The notes below the pieces were generated by a model. That model searched no databases and was not told the DNA's origin. It saw nothing but the letters and a program-made list of their open reading frames with translations. A DNA stretch of 57,849 nt from a virus (lineage: Duplodnaviria > Caudoviricetes), in the IMG/VR virus record IMGVR_UViG_3300004776_000002, positions 1-57,849 of that record; one strand, given 5' to 3'. Each line of letters starts with the position of its first letter. Within the stretch, counting starts at the first letter, position 1. This document shows, piece by piece, positions 17,802 to 27,513 of the stretch. Made by a program: the position numbers and the translations under genes.

Positions 17802-18395
17802 ATGTTATATACAATCGGACACTCTGTGCTTGCAGAGAATGAGTTTGAGAATCTCGTCTCAAAATTAGATATTATTTGGGACGTGCGTTCGCATCCAGGT
17901 TCATCAAAGTATCCAATATATAATAAAGAGAATTTAATTAAGTGGATGAAACGAATCGGCATTCAATATGAGTGGGTGTCTGATTTAGGCGGTTGGCGTG
18001 ACGTTGACTTGTTTGAACGCGAACGATTTCTAAAGTATGGTGTTGACGTCGCTAAGTACGCAAGCATCAAATTTCCAAAACATTATATTGCTAAAACAGT
18101 TCAAAAGAACGATTTCGGTCCACTGTTCTCAAAGACAGAGAAGTTTGACAAGCCAAGTTGGACAAACGTTGGGTTATATGATTATTCCTGGTTTATGACG
18201 TTGAACAAGTTTCTCAAGGCAGTGGATGTATTGATAGCATTGGGAGAGAAAAACAATATTGGAATAATGTGTGCAGAGTTACTATGGTGGAAGTGTCATC
18301 GTAGTATGATTTCTGATTATGTAGCATGGCGCGGTGTAAAAATATATCATTTGCAACCCAAGTTTGTGGAACACTATTCTGGAGATATGGAATGA
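17802..18395 (+). CDS. DUF488 family protein
   Basis: YTIGHS, DVRS.P, LGG, MCAE..WW.CHR motifs. Confidence 0.85.
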   Translation: MLYTIGHSVLAENEFENLVSKLDIIWDVRSHPGSSKYPIYNKENLIKWMKRIGIQYEWVSDLGGWRDVDLFERERFLKYGVDVAKYASIKFPKHYIAKTVQKNDFGPLFSKTEKFDKPSWTNVGLYDYSWFMTLNKFLKAVDVLIALGEKNNIGIMCAELLWWKCHRSMISDYVAWRGVKIYHLQPKFVEHYSGDME

Positions 18396-18874
18396 TTACA
18401 GAGAAGACAGAACGAAACAAACAAATTAAAGAATTATATAGTCGAGGTGATATTTCTACTACAAAATTGGCTGTGCAGTTTGGTCTTTCAGAACCACGCG
18501 TTTGGCGCATTATCAATGGGTACTTGCGCCCGTTGGAAGGTCGCAGACGACGATTCAAAAAAGTAAATGAGTGGAAACGCAATAATAAAAACGTTGAGTT
18601 TTATAAGTTTTTGGCTAAGAAACACACCAGACTAAACAGATTAAAACGTTTGAAAGTTGTTGGTTCTCATACGTGGCAAGAATGGGAAGATTTGAAGAAG
18701 AAATATAATTATTGTTGCGCAATATGTGGCAAACGCGAGCCATTTAAAAATCAATATTATAAGTTTCTAACAGAAGATCACAAGTTGGCGATTGTTAATG
18801 GTGGAACTGATAACATCAATAACATACAGCCAGCATGTTTTCGATGTAATTCGAGTAAACAAGATTTCTATTGA
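18392..18874 (+). CDS. HNH endonuclease with N-terminal HTH
   Basis: CAICG...DHKL...GG...NI..AC..CN..K. ATG 18392 overlaps the upstream stop. Confidence 0.85.
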   Translation: MITEKTERNKQIKELYSRGDISTTKLAVQFGLSEPRVWRIINGYLRPLEGRRRRFKKVNEWKRNNKNVEFYKFLAKKHTRLNRLKRLKVVGSHTWQEWEDLKKKYNYCCAICGKREPFKNQYYKFLTEDHKLAIVNGGTDNINNIQPACFRCNSSKQDFY

Positions 18875-19026
18875 TGTCGAGAGACATACTACTACCGGTA
18901 GAGCAAGACGTTCCAAAAACGTAAGTCCTATTCGAGCCAACCAAACGATACACCAACTTCTATTCTGAAATATATACAACCTGTTGTGCTTAAGACGTTC
19001 CAATAAGTTTGGTGCGTTCCAAATAC

Positions 19027-19055
19027 TTGACACCGAACTCAGAACATGTTATAAT
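19027..19055 (+). promoter_or_regulatory. Sigma70-type promoter
   Basis: TTGACA, 17-nt spacer ending in TGT, TATAAT. Confidence 0.85.
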
Positions 19056-19111
19056 TGTTATGTAAGATTTTGAGATGTCGAGAGTAACACAAACAGAAAG
19101 GAGATGTTGAG

Positions 19112-19258
19112 ATGAAAGAAGCCCCAAAAGAAATGACAATTTGTAATCTCGAGGTATTAGTAATGCCAAACGGAGAAGTTCTTTGTTTAGGTAGAACAGT
19201 CGGTTGGGTTAAGGAACTTGGTAAGTATCTTACTAAGAAGGAAGAGAAACATAAATAA
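19112..19258 (+). CDS. 48-aa protein, paralog of 20931..21086 (not in the ORF track)
   Basis: MKEAPKEMTICNLEVLVMPNGEVLCLGRTVGWVKELGKYLTKKEEKHK with SD AAAGGAG. Confidence 0.75.
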   Translation: MKEAPKEMTICNLEVLVMPNGEVLCLGRTVGWVKELGKYLTKKEEKHK

Positions 19259-19362
19259 AAAATGTGCTAGCGCGTTCTACAAGTTTGTTTATCGCGGCTT
19301 TCGAGATTAAACTGGCATCGAATAATTTCTTATCAATCACCAAATCGAAAGGAGATGTCGAG

Positions 19363-20034
19363 ATGAAAGAAGTTTACAGAATTGCAACGTACGAGATACG
19401 TACTAGTGAATACACCAAAGACGTCGAAGTTGTAAACAGTGATATCAGGGAACTTTCTTTTGTTACTGTCGAAGATGCTAAACTCGTTGCGAAGTTGGCT
19501 AATCTTAAGAGTTTTGGTGTGTTCAAAATCAAGTTTAATAAGGACAATTATGAGTCTATATCAATTAGAGACAACGACAGAGTGTTTGTCACGCCCGATG
19601 TAATCGAGGGAGAGTTGACAGAAGCGAGTCAACGTGAACGTGATAAAAATAAGAAAAACCTTACAATAAAAAACATTAATGCGTTGCCTAAGACTGTTAG
19701 ACTTTATCTTGATAAAGACTTCAACATTACTGCAACGCGTACAGATGCCGATGACAGTTATCGTGGTTTAGATGTTCATTATTCAATGAAGATAATGTTC
19801 AAAGATGAAGAATTAAGTTCGTGGAATAAATACGTCAACGATGCAGGTCAAGTTCTCAAGAAGAAGTTCGTAAAAGATATATATGAAAGAGAATTTGCCG
19901 ACAAGAAGAGTTGGGAAACAGAGCTGAACAATATTCCTGTTGATTATGTTGCGAAGAAGTCGTTGATAATTGTTACTGCAGTCAAGAAGTTGAATGAGAT
20001 GAATAAGAAGATAGACGACGCGAAGTATAAATAA
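19363..20034 (+). CDS. Hypothetical protein
   Basis: Start reassigned to the ATG following GGAGATGTCGAG. Confidence 0.6.
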   Translation: MKEVYRIATYEIRTSEYTKDVEVVNSDIRELSFVTVEDAKLVAKLANLKSFGVFKIKFNKDNYESISIRDNDRVFVTPDVIEGELTEASQRERDKNKKNLTIKNINALPKTVRLYLDKDFNITATRTDADDSYRGLDVHYSMKIMFKDEELSSWNKYVNDAGQVLKKKFVKDIYEREFADKKSWETELNNIPVDYVAKKSLIIVTAVKKLNEMNKKIDDAKYK

Positions 20035-20050
20035 GAAAGAGAGTGTCGAG

Positions 20051-20434
20051 ATGAAAATAACAAAAAAGATTTTGAAGTTGATTTGGTCTCTTGTAGGTTT
20101 GATTTGGACCTTTTTAATGTTCTGTTTGAAAATATTTGTTGAACAAACGCGAGAAGAACGTGAATGGAAATTAACTCATCCAGATACAACTCAATCCCTA
20201 AACACTTCTTTTACGTCATCTATGACGAAGAAAGATTATGAAGTGTCTGAAATCACAAGCCCGACGAACAAACTCTGGGCTAGATTTGAAGAAGATGATA
20301 ATGTTATTAGACTTAGAGGACCAGCAAACGAATATTTAGGTTATTATGACAAACATCAGAACATTACGTGTACAGTAACTGGTAGAATGATTGCACGTGG
20401 AAACATATTAGCTTCACTGATAAAAGAAATATAA
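20051..20434 (+). CDS. Hypothetical membrane-anchored protein
   Basis: N-terminal hydrophobic helix and a motif-led start. Confidence 0.55.
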   Translation: MKITKKILKLIWSLVGLIWTFLMFCLKIFVEQTREEREWKLTHPDTTQSLNTSFTSSMTKKDYEVSEITSPTNKLWARFEEDDNVIRLRGPANEYLGYYDKHQNITCTVTGRMIARGNILASLIKEI

Positions 20435-20455
20435 TAAAAGAAAGGAGATGTCACG

Positions 20456-20917
20456 ATGGGTTTTGGTGTTTATGGTGTCAAGCCAGACAATGCTAAAGGT
20501 GAGTATTTTCGCAACAACTGTTGGTGGTGGAGACCTCTTTGGAACTTCGTGTGTGAAGTGTGTGCAGACATTATTACCGACGAGGAACGCGATTCTGGTC
20601 ATTTCAACAACGGATATTTTATTGACGAGAGGCGTGCATTAACAATATCTGCGCGACTTGTTCATCTTATCGATCAGGGTGAAGTCAAGGCGTACGAGCA
20701 ACGATATGTACAACGTTTAAAAGAACTGCCTGACGAGAAGTGTTGGTTATGCAAAGGTACTGGCAAACGCAAAGATATGATAGTTCCGAACGGATGTAAT
20801 TCGTGCCGTGGGACTGGCAAGATTAGACCGACAGAGTGTAGTTATCCGTTCAGTGAAGACAACGTTAAAGAGTTTGCCAAGTTCTGCAAGTACAGCGGCG
20901 GGTTCGAGATAAATTAA
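20456..20917 (+). CDS. Protein with DnaJ-like CxxCxGxG zinc finger
   Basis: CWLCKGTG and CNSCRGTG. Confidence 0.6.
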   Translation: MGFGVYGVKPDNAKGEYFRNNCWWWRPLWNFVCEVCADIITDEERDSGHFNNGYFIDERRALTISARLVHLIDQGEVKAYEQRYVQRLKELPDEKCWLCKGTGKRKDMIVPNGCNSCRGTGKIRPTECSYPFSEDNVKEFAKFCKYSGGFEIN

Positions 20918-20930
20918 GAAAGGAGTTTCA

Positions 20931-21086
20931 ATGAAAAAAGTTGAAGAAATGACAATTTGTAATCTTGAAGTATTAGTAATGCCGAACGGTGAAGTTCTCT
21001 GTTTAGGTAAGACAATCGGTTGGTTCAAAGACCTACACAAGTATCTAACTAAGAAGGAGAAGACAGATGGCGCACAATCTAAGTAA
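20931..21086 (+). CDS. 51-aa protein, paralog of 19112..19258 (not in the ORF track)
   Basis: MKKVEEMTICNLEVLVMPNGEVLCLGKTIGWFKDLHKYLTKKEKTDGAQSK with SD AAAGGAG. Confidence 0.75.
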   Translation: MKKVEEMTICNLEVLVMPNGEVLCLGKTIGWFKDLHKYLTKKEKTDGAQSK

Positions 21087-22032
21087 TAAAGACGGAAAGA
21101 CCACGATGTTTTATGTTGGGGAAAAGCCTTGGCACGAATTAGGCACTGAATTGAATGCGCCTGCAACAGCCAAAGAGGCAATCGAGGCGGCTCATCTTGA
21201 TTATACTGTAATCAGAGAGAACATCAGAACTGACTCTGGTATTGATATTATTGAGAAGGTTGCTACTGTGAGAGAAGACACCAATCAATATCTGAACGTT
21301 GTTGGGCGCGACTATCAGATAATTCAGAACGTGGAAGCGTTCGATTTCTTTGATAGTATAGTTGGTGAAGGCAAAGCAATTTATCATACTGCGGGTGCGT
21401 TGGGTAAGGGCGAGAGAGTTTGGATTATGGCGAAGTTGCCTAATGATATAATCGTTGCGAACGAAGACAATATAGAAAAGTATTTATTGTTGACCAATTC
21501 GCACGATGGGCGTACCGCATTGCGTATGTTCTTCACTCCCGTACGTGTAGTGTGCCAAAATACTCTTGTTATGGCGTTAGGCAAACAATCAGAAGAAGGT
21601 ATTGTAATCAGACATACTGGATCAATTAAAGACAAAATTGAACAGGCACAGGAAGTTTTAGGGTTGTCCAAGAAGTTCTACGATGATTTAGGTAATCAGT
21701 TTCAGAGGCTCGTTCGCACAACACTTGACACTAACGGTGTCAAGCATTACTTTATTAAAGTAGTGTACGGAACTGATACGATAGTCAGGCCCACTCCAAT
21801 CATGGAGAACAGAGTGCATACTATGAACGAGTTGTTTGTGAATGGAAAGGGTAACAACGTTGACGGAGTACGCGGTACTCTCTGGGCAGCCTTGAACGCA
21901 GTAACCGAAATGGTTGATCATTATCGTTCGCACAAAGATACTGACGATGGCAAGTTGCGCAATGTCTGGTTTGGCTCAGGTGCTAGATTAAAACAACGCG
22001 CTTTCGACGTTGCGGTGTCTTTAGCAAAGTAA
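21067..22032 (+). CDS. DUF932 (phage/plasmid-like) protein
   Basis: PWH.LG, YQIIQN.EAF, TAGAL..G, NSHDG, TPVRVVCQNT, GTLWAALNAVTE motifs. Confidence 0.85.
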   Translation: MAHNLSNKDGKTTMFYVGEKPWHELGTELNAPATAKEAIEAAHLDYTVIRENIRTDSGIDIIEKVATVREDTNQYLNVVGRDYQIIQNVEAFDFFDSIVGEGKAIYHTAGALGKGERVWIMAKLPNDIIVANEDNIEKYLLLTNSHDGRTALRMFFTPVRVVCQNTLVMALGKQSEEGIVIRHTGSIKDKIEQAQEVLGLSKKFYDDLGNQFQRLVRTTLDTNGVKHYFIKVVYGTDTIVRPTPIMENRVHTMNELFVNGKGNNVDGVRGTLWAALNAVTEMVDHYRSHKDTDDGKLRNVWFGSGARLKQRAFDVAVSLAK

Positions 22033-22303
22033 TATCAGAGTGAAGGATCTATATAAACGGAACCAAGAGCAGTACTTTCGAGTGCAAGGTCCGAAAGAAA
22101 GGAGATGTCGAGATGGGTGCAAGATTAACTTTGAGACAAGGAACTGGGTATGTGTGTCGTATCTGTGGGAAGAAGATTGAGATATATCATAAACAGATTA
22201 CTTTCAAGGGTTGGAATTCTGGTGCAGTTATTCATTCAGATTCGAGAGATTGTGACAGAAAGAAGAGATTGTCAAAACAAACAGGCGGATGTTAATAGAA
22301 TAC

Positions 22304-22332
22304 TTGACAGAGCGTTCAAGGCGTGTTATAAT
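22304..22332 (+). promoter_or_regulatory. Sigma70-type promoter
   Basis: TTGACA, 17-nt spacer ending in TGT, TATAAT. Confidence 0.85.
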
Positions 22333-22384
22333 GTATGTGTGGTTGAGATGTCGAGGAAGTACAACAGTTTGAGGGAGGTGTAGA

Positions 22385-22822
22385 GTGGAGTTAATTCGTG
22401 ACGATGGTGGTCGTGCGTCTGTTGGCTACAAGGGTACCGCAGGCGACTGCGTTATCAGAGCCATCGCAATAGCTACCGAAATTCCCTACCAAAAGGTCTA
22501 CAAAGACTTATTTGCACTAAACAAGAAACAATTAGGGTCAATGCACGGCAAGAGTCCAATGAGAGGCGGTACTCGTATGCGTACGATTAAAAAGTATCTG
22601 TCTTCTATTGGTTGGACTTGGGTATCCACTATGAAAATTGGACAGGGTTGTCGTGTTCATTTAAAGAAAGAAGAATTGCCGACAGGCAATTTGATTGTTC
22701 GTGTTAGTAAACATCTCGTTGCAGTTATTGATGGCGTGATATATGACAATCACGACTGTTCGCGAGATGAGACGCGTTGCGTATATGGATATTTCATCAA
22801 AGCAAAGGAAGTTGGGGAATGA
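22385..22822 (+). CDS. Conserved phage protein, possible Cys/His peptidase-like fold
   Basis: GDCVIRAIAIA ... HLVAVIDG..YD. Confidence 0.45.
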   Translation: MELIRDDGGRASVGYKGTAGDCVIRAIAIATEIPYQKVYKDLFALNKKQLGSMHGKSPMRGGTRMRTIKKYLSSIGWTWVSTMKIGQGCRVHLKKEELPTGNLIVRVSKHLVAVIDGVIYDNHDCSRDETRCVYGYFIKAKEVGE

Positions 22823-22974
22823 AGATGTCGAGACTAAACGTCTGTCGTCATTTGATGATTTTAGGTTGTTATATTGTAGTTAATTTATTAGTAGCGAGTT
22901 TAATATTTTATTATATTATAAAGTTAATGATTTATATTGATAAATTATTGATTAAACTCTAAGGAGGTGTCGAG

Positions 22975-23973
22975 ATGATTAAAGACGGAGAGGTCGTTGA
23001 GGTTCAAGGTTCGGCTGCCGAACCATATAAAGTAAAGAGAACAGGCGATGTCATTTCGTGTTCGTGTCCAGCGTGGCGCAATCAGTCACTTCCCATCAAC
23101 AAACGTACCTGCAAACATATAAGAAAGATAGAAGGCGACGAGGCTGAGTCCGCACGTATTGGCGGCTCTCTGACTATGAGAGCGCCTAAGACCAAGGGCA
23201 AAGAGCAGGCAGTCCCGCCAGCACTACTGTTGGCTAACAAGTGGACTTCTAACATTGACCCGACTGGTTGGTGGATGTCAGAGAAGTTGGACGGGATACG
23301 TGCATTGTGGAATGGAAAAGAATTCATATCCCGATTGGGTAACAAGTTCTATGCACCTGAGTGGTTCACAGAAGGCATGGGTAACATTCGACTCGATGGA
23401 GAATTGTGGATTGGGCGCGGTAAGTTTCAAGAAACGATGTCTGTCGTGCGTTCGCAGGGTTTAGTCAAAGAGTGGAGACAGGTTAAGTATTTAGTGTTTG
23501 ATATGCCAGATTCACCGCACAAATTCGAGACGCGTTGGCGAGCCATGTATAAGTTATTGCTTCCTAAACATTGTGAGATAGTAAAACAAACGCAATGTAC
23601 TGGTGTGAAACATCTGAAAGAGTGTCTCAAACTTGCGGAAAGTCTCGGTGGAGAGGGTATAATGTTGCGCCAGTCGGGTTCTCTCTACGACGGGCGACGT
23701 TCGAGTACGTTGCTCAAAGTAAAGAATTTCTTTGACGATGAGGCAACAATCATCAGTTATGAGGCAGGCAAGGGTAGGCATTTTGGTCGTCTTGGTGGGT
23801 ATGAGTGCAGATTAAAGAATGGAAAGATTTTTAATGTTGGATCTGGTCTGACTGACAAGGAACGCGACAATCCGTTGAAGATAGGCACTAAGATAACGTT
23901 TGCATATCAAGAGTTATCTAATGACGGCATTCCTCGATTTCCAACTTTTGTGGGTGAGGCAATAGATAAATAA
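22975..23973 (+). CDS. lig: ATP-dependent DNA ligase with N-terminal SWIM zinc finger
   Basis: CSCPAW...CKH SWIM motif; EKLDG, LDGEL, VFD, EGIML, LLKVK, PRFP ligase motifs. Confidence 0.9.
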   Translation: MIKDGEVVEVQGSAAEPYKVKRTGDVISCSCPAWRNQSLPINKRTCKHIRKIEGDEAESARIGGSLTMRAPKTKGKEQAVPPALLLANKWTSNIDPTGWWMSEKLDGIRALWNGKEFISRLGNKFYAPEWFTEGMGNIRLDGELWIGRGKFQETMSVVRSQGLVKEWRQVKYLVFDMPDSPHKFETRWRAMYKLLLPKHCEIVKQTQCTGVKHLKECLKLAESLGGEGIMLRQSGSLYDGRRSSTLLKVKNFFDDEATIISYEAGKGRHFGRLGGYECRLKNGKIFNVGSGLTDKERDNPLKIGTKITFAYQELSNDGIPRFPTFVGEAIDK

Positions 23974-24166
23974 CTTTGGAGAACAACAATGTATAAGATA
24001 AAAGAAAACGAATTTTATATTATGTTTAGAACTTCGCATAAGCGTTTTAGATATTCTATTTATAGAACTAATACTTACGGCGGTGATTTATTTAAAGAGG
24101 TTAATACAATAAAAGAAGCTCACAGTTTATTTAATAAAGTCACAAAAGAAGCAAATATAAGTAGAA

Positions 24167-24562
24167 ATGAGATTAATTAAAAACGGAATAGTTATATTAA
24201 TTACCATTTTAACTTGTGTAGTAGTGACGGCACATGCAGACGCGACATCTTCAGCACATTTTAAACTGCAAGAATTTGCTTGTAAATGTTGTGGAGTAGT
24301 GAAAGTTAACTCAGTATTATTGACAAAATTAGAGATGTTACGAGTAAAATTAAATGCACCAATAATTATCACAAGCGGTTATCGTTGCCCGAAACATAAC
24401 AAAGTAATAGGCGGTGCAAGATATAGCCAACATTGCTTGGGTAACGCAGTAGATATTAAAGTTAAAGGTTATACGCCGATACAAGTAGCAAGAATGGCAA
24501 GACAAGTCGGATTTACTTGGGTAAAAACATATAGAAGTTGGACGCATGTTGATATAAGATAA
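24167..24562 (+). CDS. Peptidase M15A (Zn peptidoglycan peptidase) with signal peptide
   Basis: HF...EFAC.CCG, ITSGYRC..HN, SQH..GNAVD, HVD motifs. Confidence 0.85.
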   Translation: MRLIKNGIVILITILTCVVVTAHADATSSAHFKLQEFACKCCGVVKVNSVLLTKLEMLRVKLNAPIIITSGYRCPKHNKVIGGARYSQHCLGNAVDIKVKGYTPIQVARMARQVGFTWVKTYRSWTHVDIR

Positions 24563-24806
24563 CTGAAAGGAGGAATACAATGATAAAGTTGAAACTTTGT
24601 AAATTCAGCGAAACAGAATATCTTATTGTTATGTTAGATAATGCTGGCGGAAAATTCAACGCAGAAGTTCTTGACTGTGTTTCGACACTAAAGCACGGGC
24701 ACAACAAACTTAATGATTATTTATTCTTACAGAATAAAAGTAAGCCAGAATTGGCACAACTGATGAAGATGAGAGATGTTGTCAATAAAGAATGAGGAGG
24801 TGTCGA

Positions 24807-25493
24807 GTGAATGAATTAATAAATATAAAGTGTAAAGTATGTCATCAAGAGCGCGCCGTTAACACAGCCAATCGTAAACTGTTTGAGTCACAGATAGTGC
24901 AAGAGAACTACGTGTGCATGTTGTGCGACGGTAAAGTAAAGAAGATGATGATTTCTCTGATTTGTGCTAAGTGCAAGCACCCGTTCAAGACCAAGATTTT
25001 AGCAGTTAATAAAGATAAGTACGGTTCGATGTGGGAATGTCCTGCGTGTATGAGCAATGCTATAGCGCAACCAAAAGTGACAGAGAAGAAGAACTGCATA
25101 GAGTTGAATTGCGCAGACTGTAAAGTAGAACGCGGAGTATGTGTTCATCCTGAATTGAATTGCACTCTCTCTAAAAATTTTCCGCGTTTCGGTAATGGAG
25201 ACTTGTTCTATCTGAAAGATGGTGCTACTATTCTGTCAGTTCACGCGATAGATGAATCTAGACCAGACATTCACTGTTTCGAGTACACTATTCTATATAG
25301 AAACAAATATGCGTTGTCTCCGCGCAATCACGTTATTATCAGACAACGTTTAGGCTCTAAGAAGAGTTTCATGACCAACGTCATTGTTTATAAATATAAC
25401 GCGCATGAACATAAGTTCAACGTTGTGTTTGATGAGAAGTTTGACAAGGGCAAGGATTGGATAGTACCGATGCGAGATTTTCTATTAAAGTAA
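24807..25493 (+). CDS. Cys-rich multi-zinc-finger hypothetical protein
   Basis: Several CxxC pairs. GTG start after GGAGGTGTCGA. Confidence 0.55.
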   Translation: MNELINIKCKVCHQERAVNTANRKLFESQIVQENYVCMLCDGKVKKMMISLICAKCKHPFKTKILAVNKDKYGSMWECPACMSNAIAQPKVTEKKNCIELNCADCKVERGVCVHPELNCTLSKNFPRFGNGDLFYLKDGATILSVHAIDESRPDIHCFEYTILYRNKYALSPRNHVIIRQRLGSKKSFMTNVIVYKYNAHEHKFNVVFDEKFDKGKDWIVPMRDFLLK

Positions 25494-25897
25494 AGGAGAT
25501 TAGATGAGAAGAACAGATCACAAGATTCGTCACGAAGAGTTGCACAAGATGCTTGATGAGTTGGTTGCAGATATGATAACTCATACCAATATGTTGCCTT
25601 CTGAGACAACTGTATTGGGACTTATGCGATGGAGTGCAGAACAGATAGATAACCCAACGGTGAAACAATGAAACTGTTTGTTGTCAGATGTTTTATGGAA
25701 GGGTGCGAAGAGTGTGGTGATGTGTATCACATAGTTGGTGTGTTCTCTTCACGCAAACAAGCTGAGAATGCACAGAGTGTTCATCGTAAATATAAACATC
25801 TGCACTCTTTTGTCTGTATTGATATTGACGAGGTTACTCTTGACGAGTATCGATTCTCGTACGGAGAAGGTCAACCAGATTATATTAAGAAAGACTA

Positions 25898-26446
25898 ATG
25901 AAGACGTATTTCACTGCTGATTTGCACTTGGGACATTTCAATATTATTAAATATTGCAATCGCCCGTTCAAGACGTTGGAACAGATGAATGTTACGTTGA
26001 TCCGCAACTGGAATTCTCGAGTGAAGTCAGAAGATGTTGTCTATCACGTTGGCGACTTCTGTTTTAGAAATTCTCCTGGTGGAAAGTCTGGCGAAGGCGA
26101 GGTGCTCAAGGCAGAACACTACGTCAAGCAACTCAATGGTCGAATTGTTTTTATCAAGGGCAATCACGACCGAAATAATTCAATGAAGACTGATATTGAA
26201 CGTTTAGTTATCGGCTACGCGAAACATCGAATAAATCTGGTGCATTTGCCTGATATGGCTGACGTTGGCTATGAATTAAACTTCGTCGGTCATGTCCACG
26301 AACAATGGAAGTTCAAACGCGTTCGTATAGGATTCAGTTTCACTGATTTGATTAATGTTGGCGTTGATGTTAATAAGTTTATGCCACGCACGTTCGAAGA
26401 GTTGTATTCAGAATATAAACAATGGGTAACAGATATTTTGACATAA
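25898..26446 (+). CDS. Calcineurin-like metallophosphoesterase
   Basis: DLHLGH, GD, GNHD, GHVH, NVGVD motifs. Confidence 0.9.
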   Translation: MKTYFTADLHLGHFNIIKYCNRPFKTLEQMNVTLIRNWNSRVKSEDVVYHVGDFCFRNSPGGKSGEGEVLKAEHYVKQLNGRIVFIKGNHDRNNSMKTDIERLVIGYAKHRINLVHLPDMADVGYELNFVGHVHEQWKFKRVRIGFSFTDLINVGVDVNKFMPRTFEELYSEYKQWVTDILT

Positions 26447-26548
26447 ACGAACGAATGAAGTTGTCGAGGAGAACACCGCGTTGCAGAAAGAGAACAGAGA
26501 ACTGATGACGTTGCTCGAAGAGATTATTCTTCAAGAAGGGAGCTAATT

Positions 26549-26839
26549 ATGTACGGGAATTTGAAGTTGGCAATTTGGAAATACAAGTTGGAACCAGTAG
26601 ATGAACAAATATTAGCAGTGTCTTATCCTGCCAAAGTTTTGTCAGTTGGTGAACAACGTGGTGATATAGTACTTTATGCGCTTGTGGCACCAGAGTCATT
26701 ACACGGACAGACTAACGTTACGGTGCGTATTCATGGCACAGGTCATCAAGTGGCAAATGATATTTCAAATTTTGATTTTGTCGGTACTGTTAAGCTGATG
26801 GATGGTGCATTAATGTTTCACGTGTTCGTTGGAAAATGA
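26549..26839 (+). CDS. Conserved phage hypothetical protein
   Basis: IWKY...VLSV..Q...GTGH...GTV...HVF pattern. Confidence 0.55.
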   Translation: MYGNLKLAIWKYKLEPVDEQILAVSYPAKVLSVGEQRGDIVLYALVAPESLHGQTNVTVRIHGTGHQVANDISNFDFVGTVKLMDGALMFHVFVGK

Positions 26840-26841
26840 GA

Positions 26842-26888
26842 TATAATCTATCTAATATCTTGACAGCAACGCAAACCTGTGATATAAT
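26842..26888 (+). promoter_or_regulatory. Sigma70-type promoter with upstream TATAATCTAT box
   Basis: TTGACA 26860, 17-nt spacer, TATAAT 26883. Confidence 0.85.
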
Positions 26889-26916
26889 AAATGTCTGTGA
26901 AGGGAGGTGACGAGAG

Positions 26917-27087
26917 ATGTGCAAGTTTAAAGTAGGTAGTCGAGTTGAGTTTCTTGGTGGTACGTATGGCAGTAAAGGTATGAAGGGTAAAGTAGTTTCA
27001 GTGCCTGATGACATCGTTGAAGTGAATGTCGAAGGTCAGATTTATCAGAAACATGTAAAGAATTTAAAGTTAGTCAAAACCAAATAA
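26917..27087 (+). CDS. 56-aa KOW/SH3-like protein (not in the ORF track)
   Basis: FKVGSRVEFLGG...GMKGKVV...V.V pattern with GGGAGGTG SD. Confidence 0.55.
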   Translation: MCKFKVGSRVEFLGGTYGSKGMKGKVVSVPDDIVEVNVEGQIYQKHVKNLKLVKTK

Positions 27088-27099
27088 GGAGATGTCGAG

Positions 27100-27501
27100 A
27101 TGTCAAAAACTGATATTGTTGCAAATCTGTCTGATGTCGTAAAGACTCAAGTTCTGACTGATAAGACGCAAATAACCGAAGTATTGAAGGACAACAAGAT
27201 TATTGTTTCAATTTTAAAGGGTCCTCAGGTGCTTGTCAAGGTAATCAAAGTGTCTAAAGTTGCGCCGAAACAGCGCGTTCTGTCGAATGAGACAGTTGAA
27301 GAACTAAAGAACGCGAAAAAGCTTTTGAAGAACAATGTTGATTTGATTTATCTAATCACGTTGTTGGCCAAGGTCAAAGACTTATTGTCCAATCTGGATG
27401 TCAAGAATCTGAATGTCGAGGGCAGTAAGTTGATAAAGAGTGTTGTCGAGGATGCAGTATCAAAGTTGAGAATAGTTGACGAGAAGTTGATGTTGAAATA
27501 A
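27100..27501 (+). CDS. Hypothetical protein
   Basis: Motif-led start, 133 aa. Confidence 0.55.
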   Translation: MSKTDIVANLSDVVKTQVLTDKTQITEVLKDNKIIVSILKGPQVLVKVIKVSKVAPKQRVLSNETVEELKNAKKLLKNNVDLIYLITLLAKVKDLLSNLDVKNLNVEGSKLIKSVVEDAVSKLRIVDEKLMLK

Positions 27502-27513
27502 GGGAGGTGTCGA

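Noticed and set aside
22058-22092. UUCG hairpin (GTACT-TTCG-AGTGC) after the DUF932 gene as a terminator
   Set aside because: No U-tract follows it, so the evidence is insufficient for a call.
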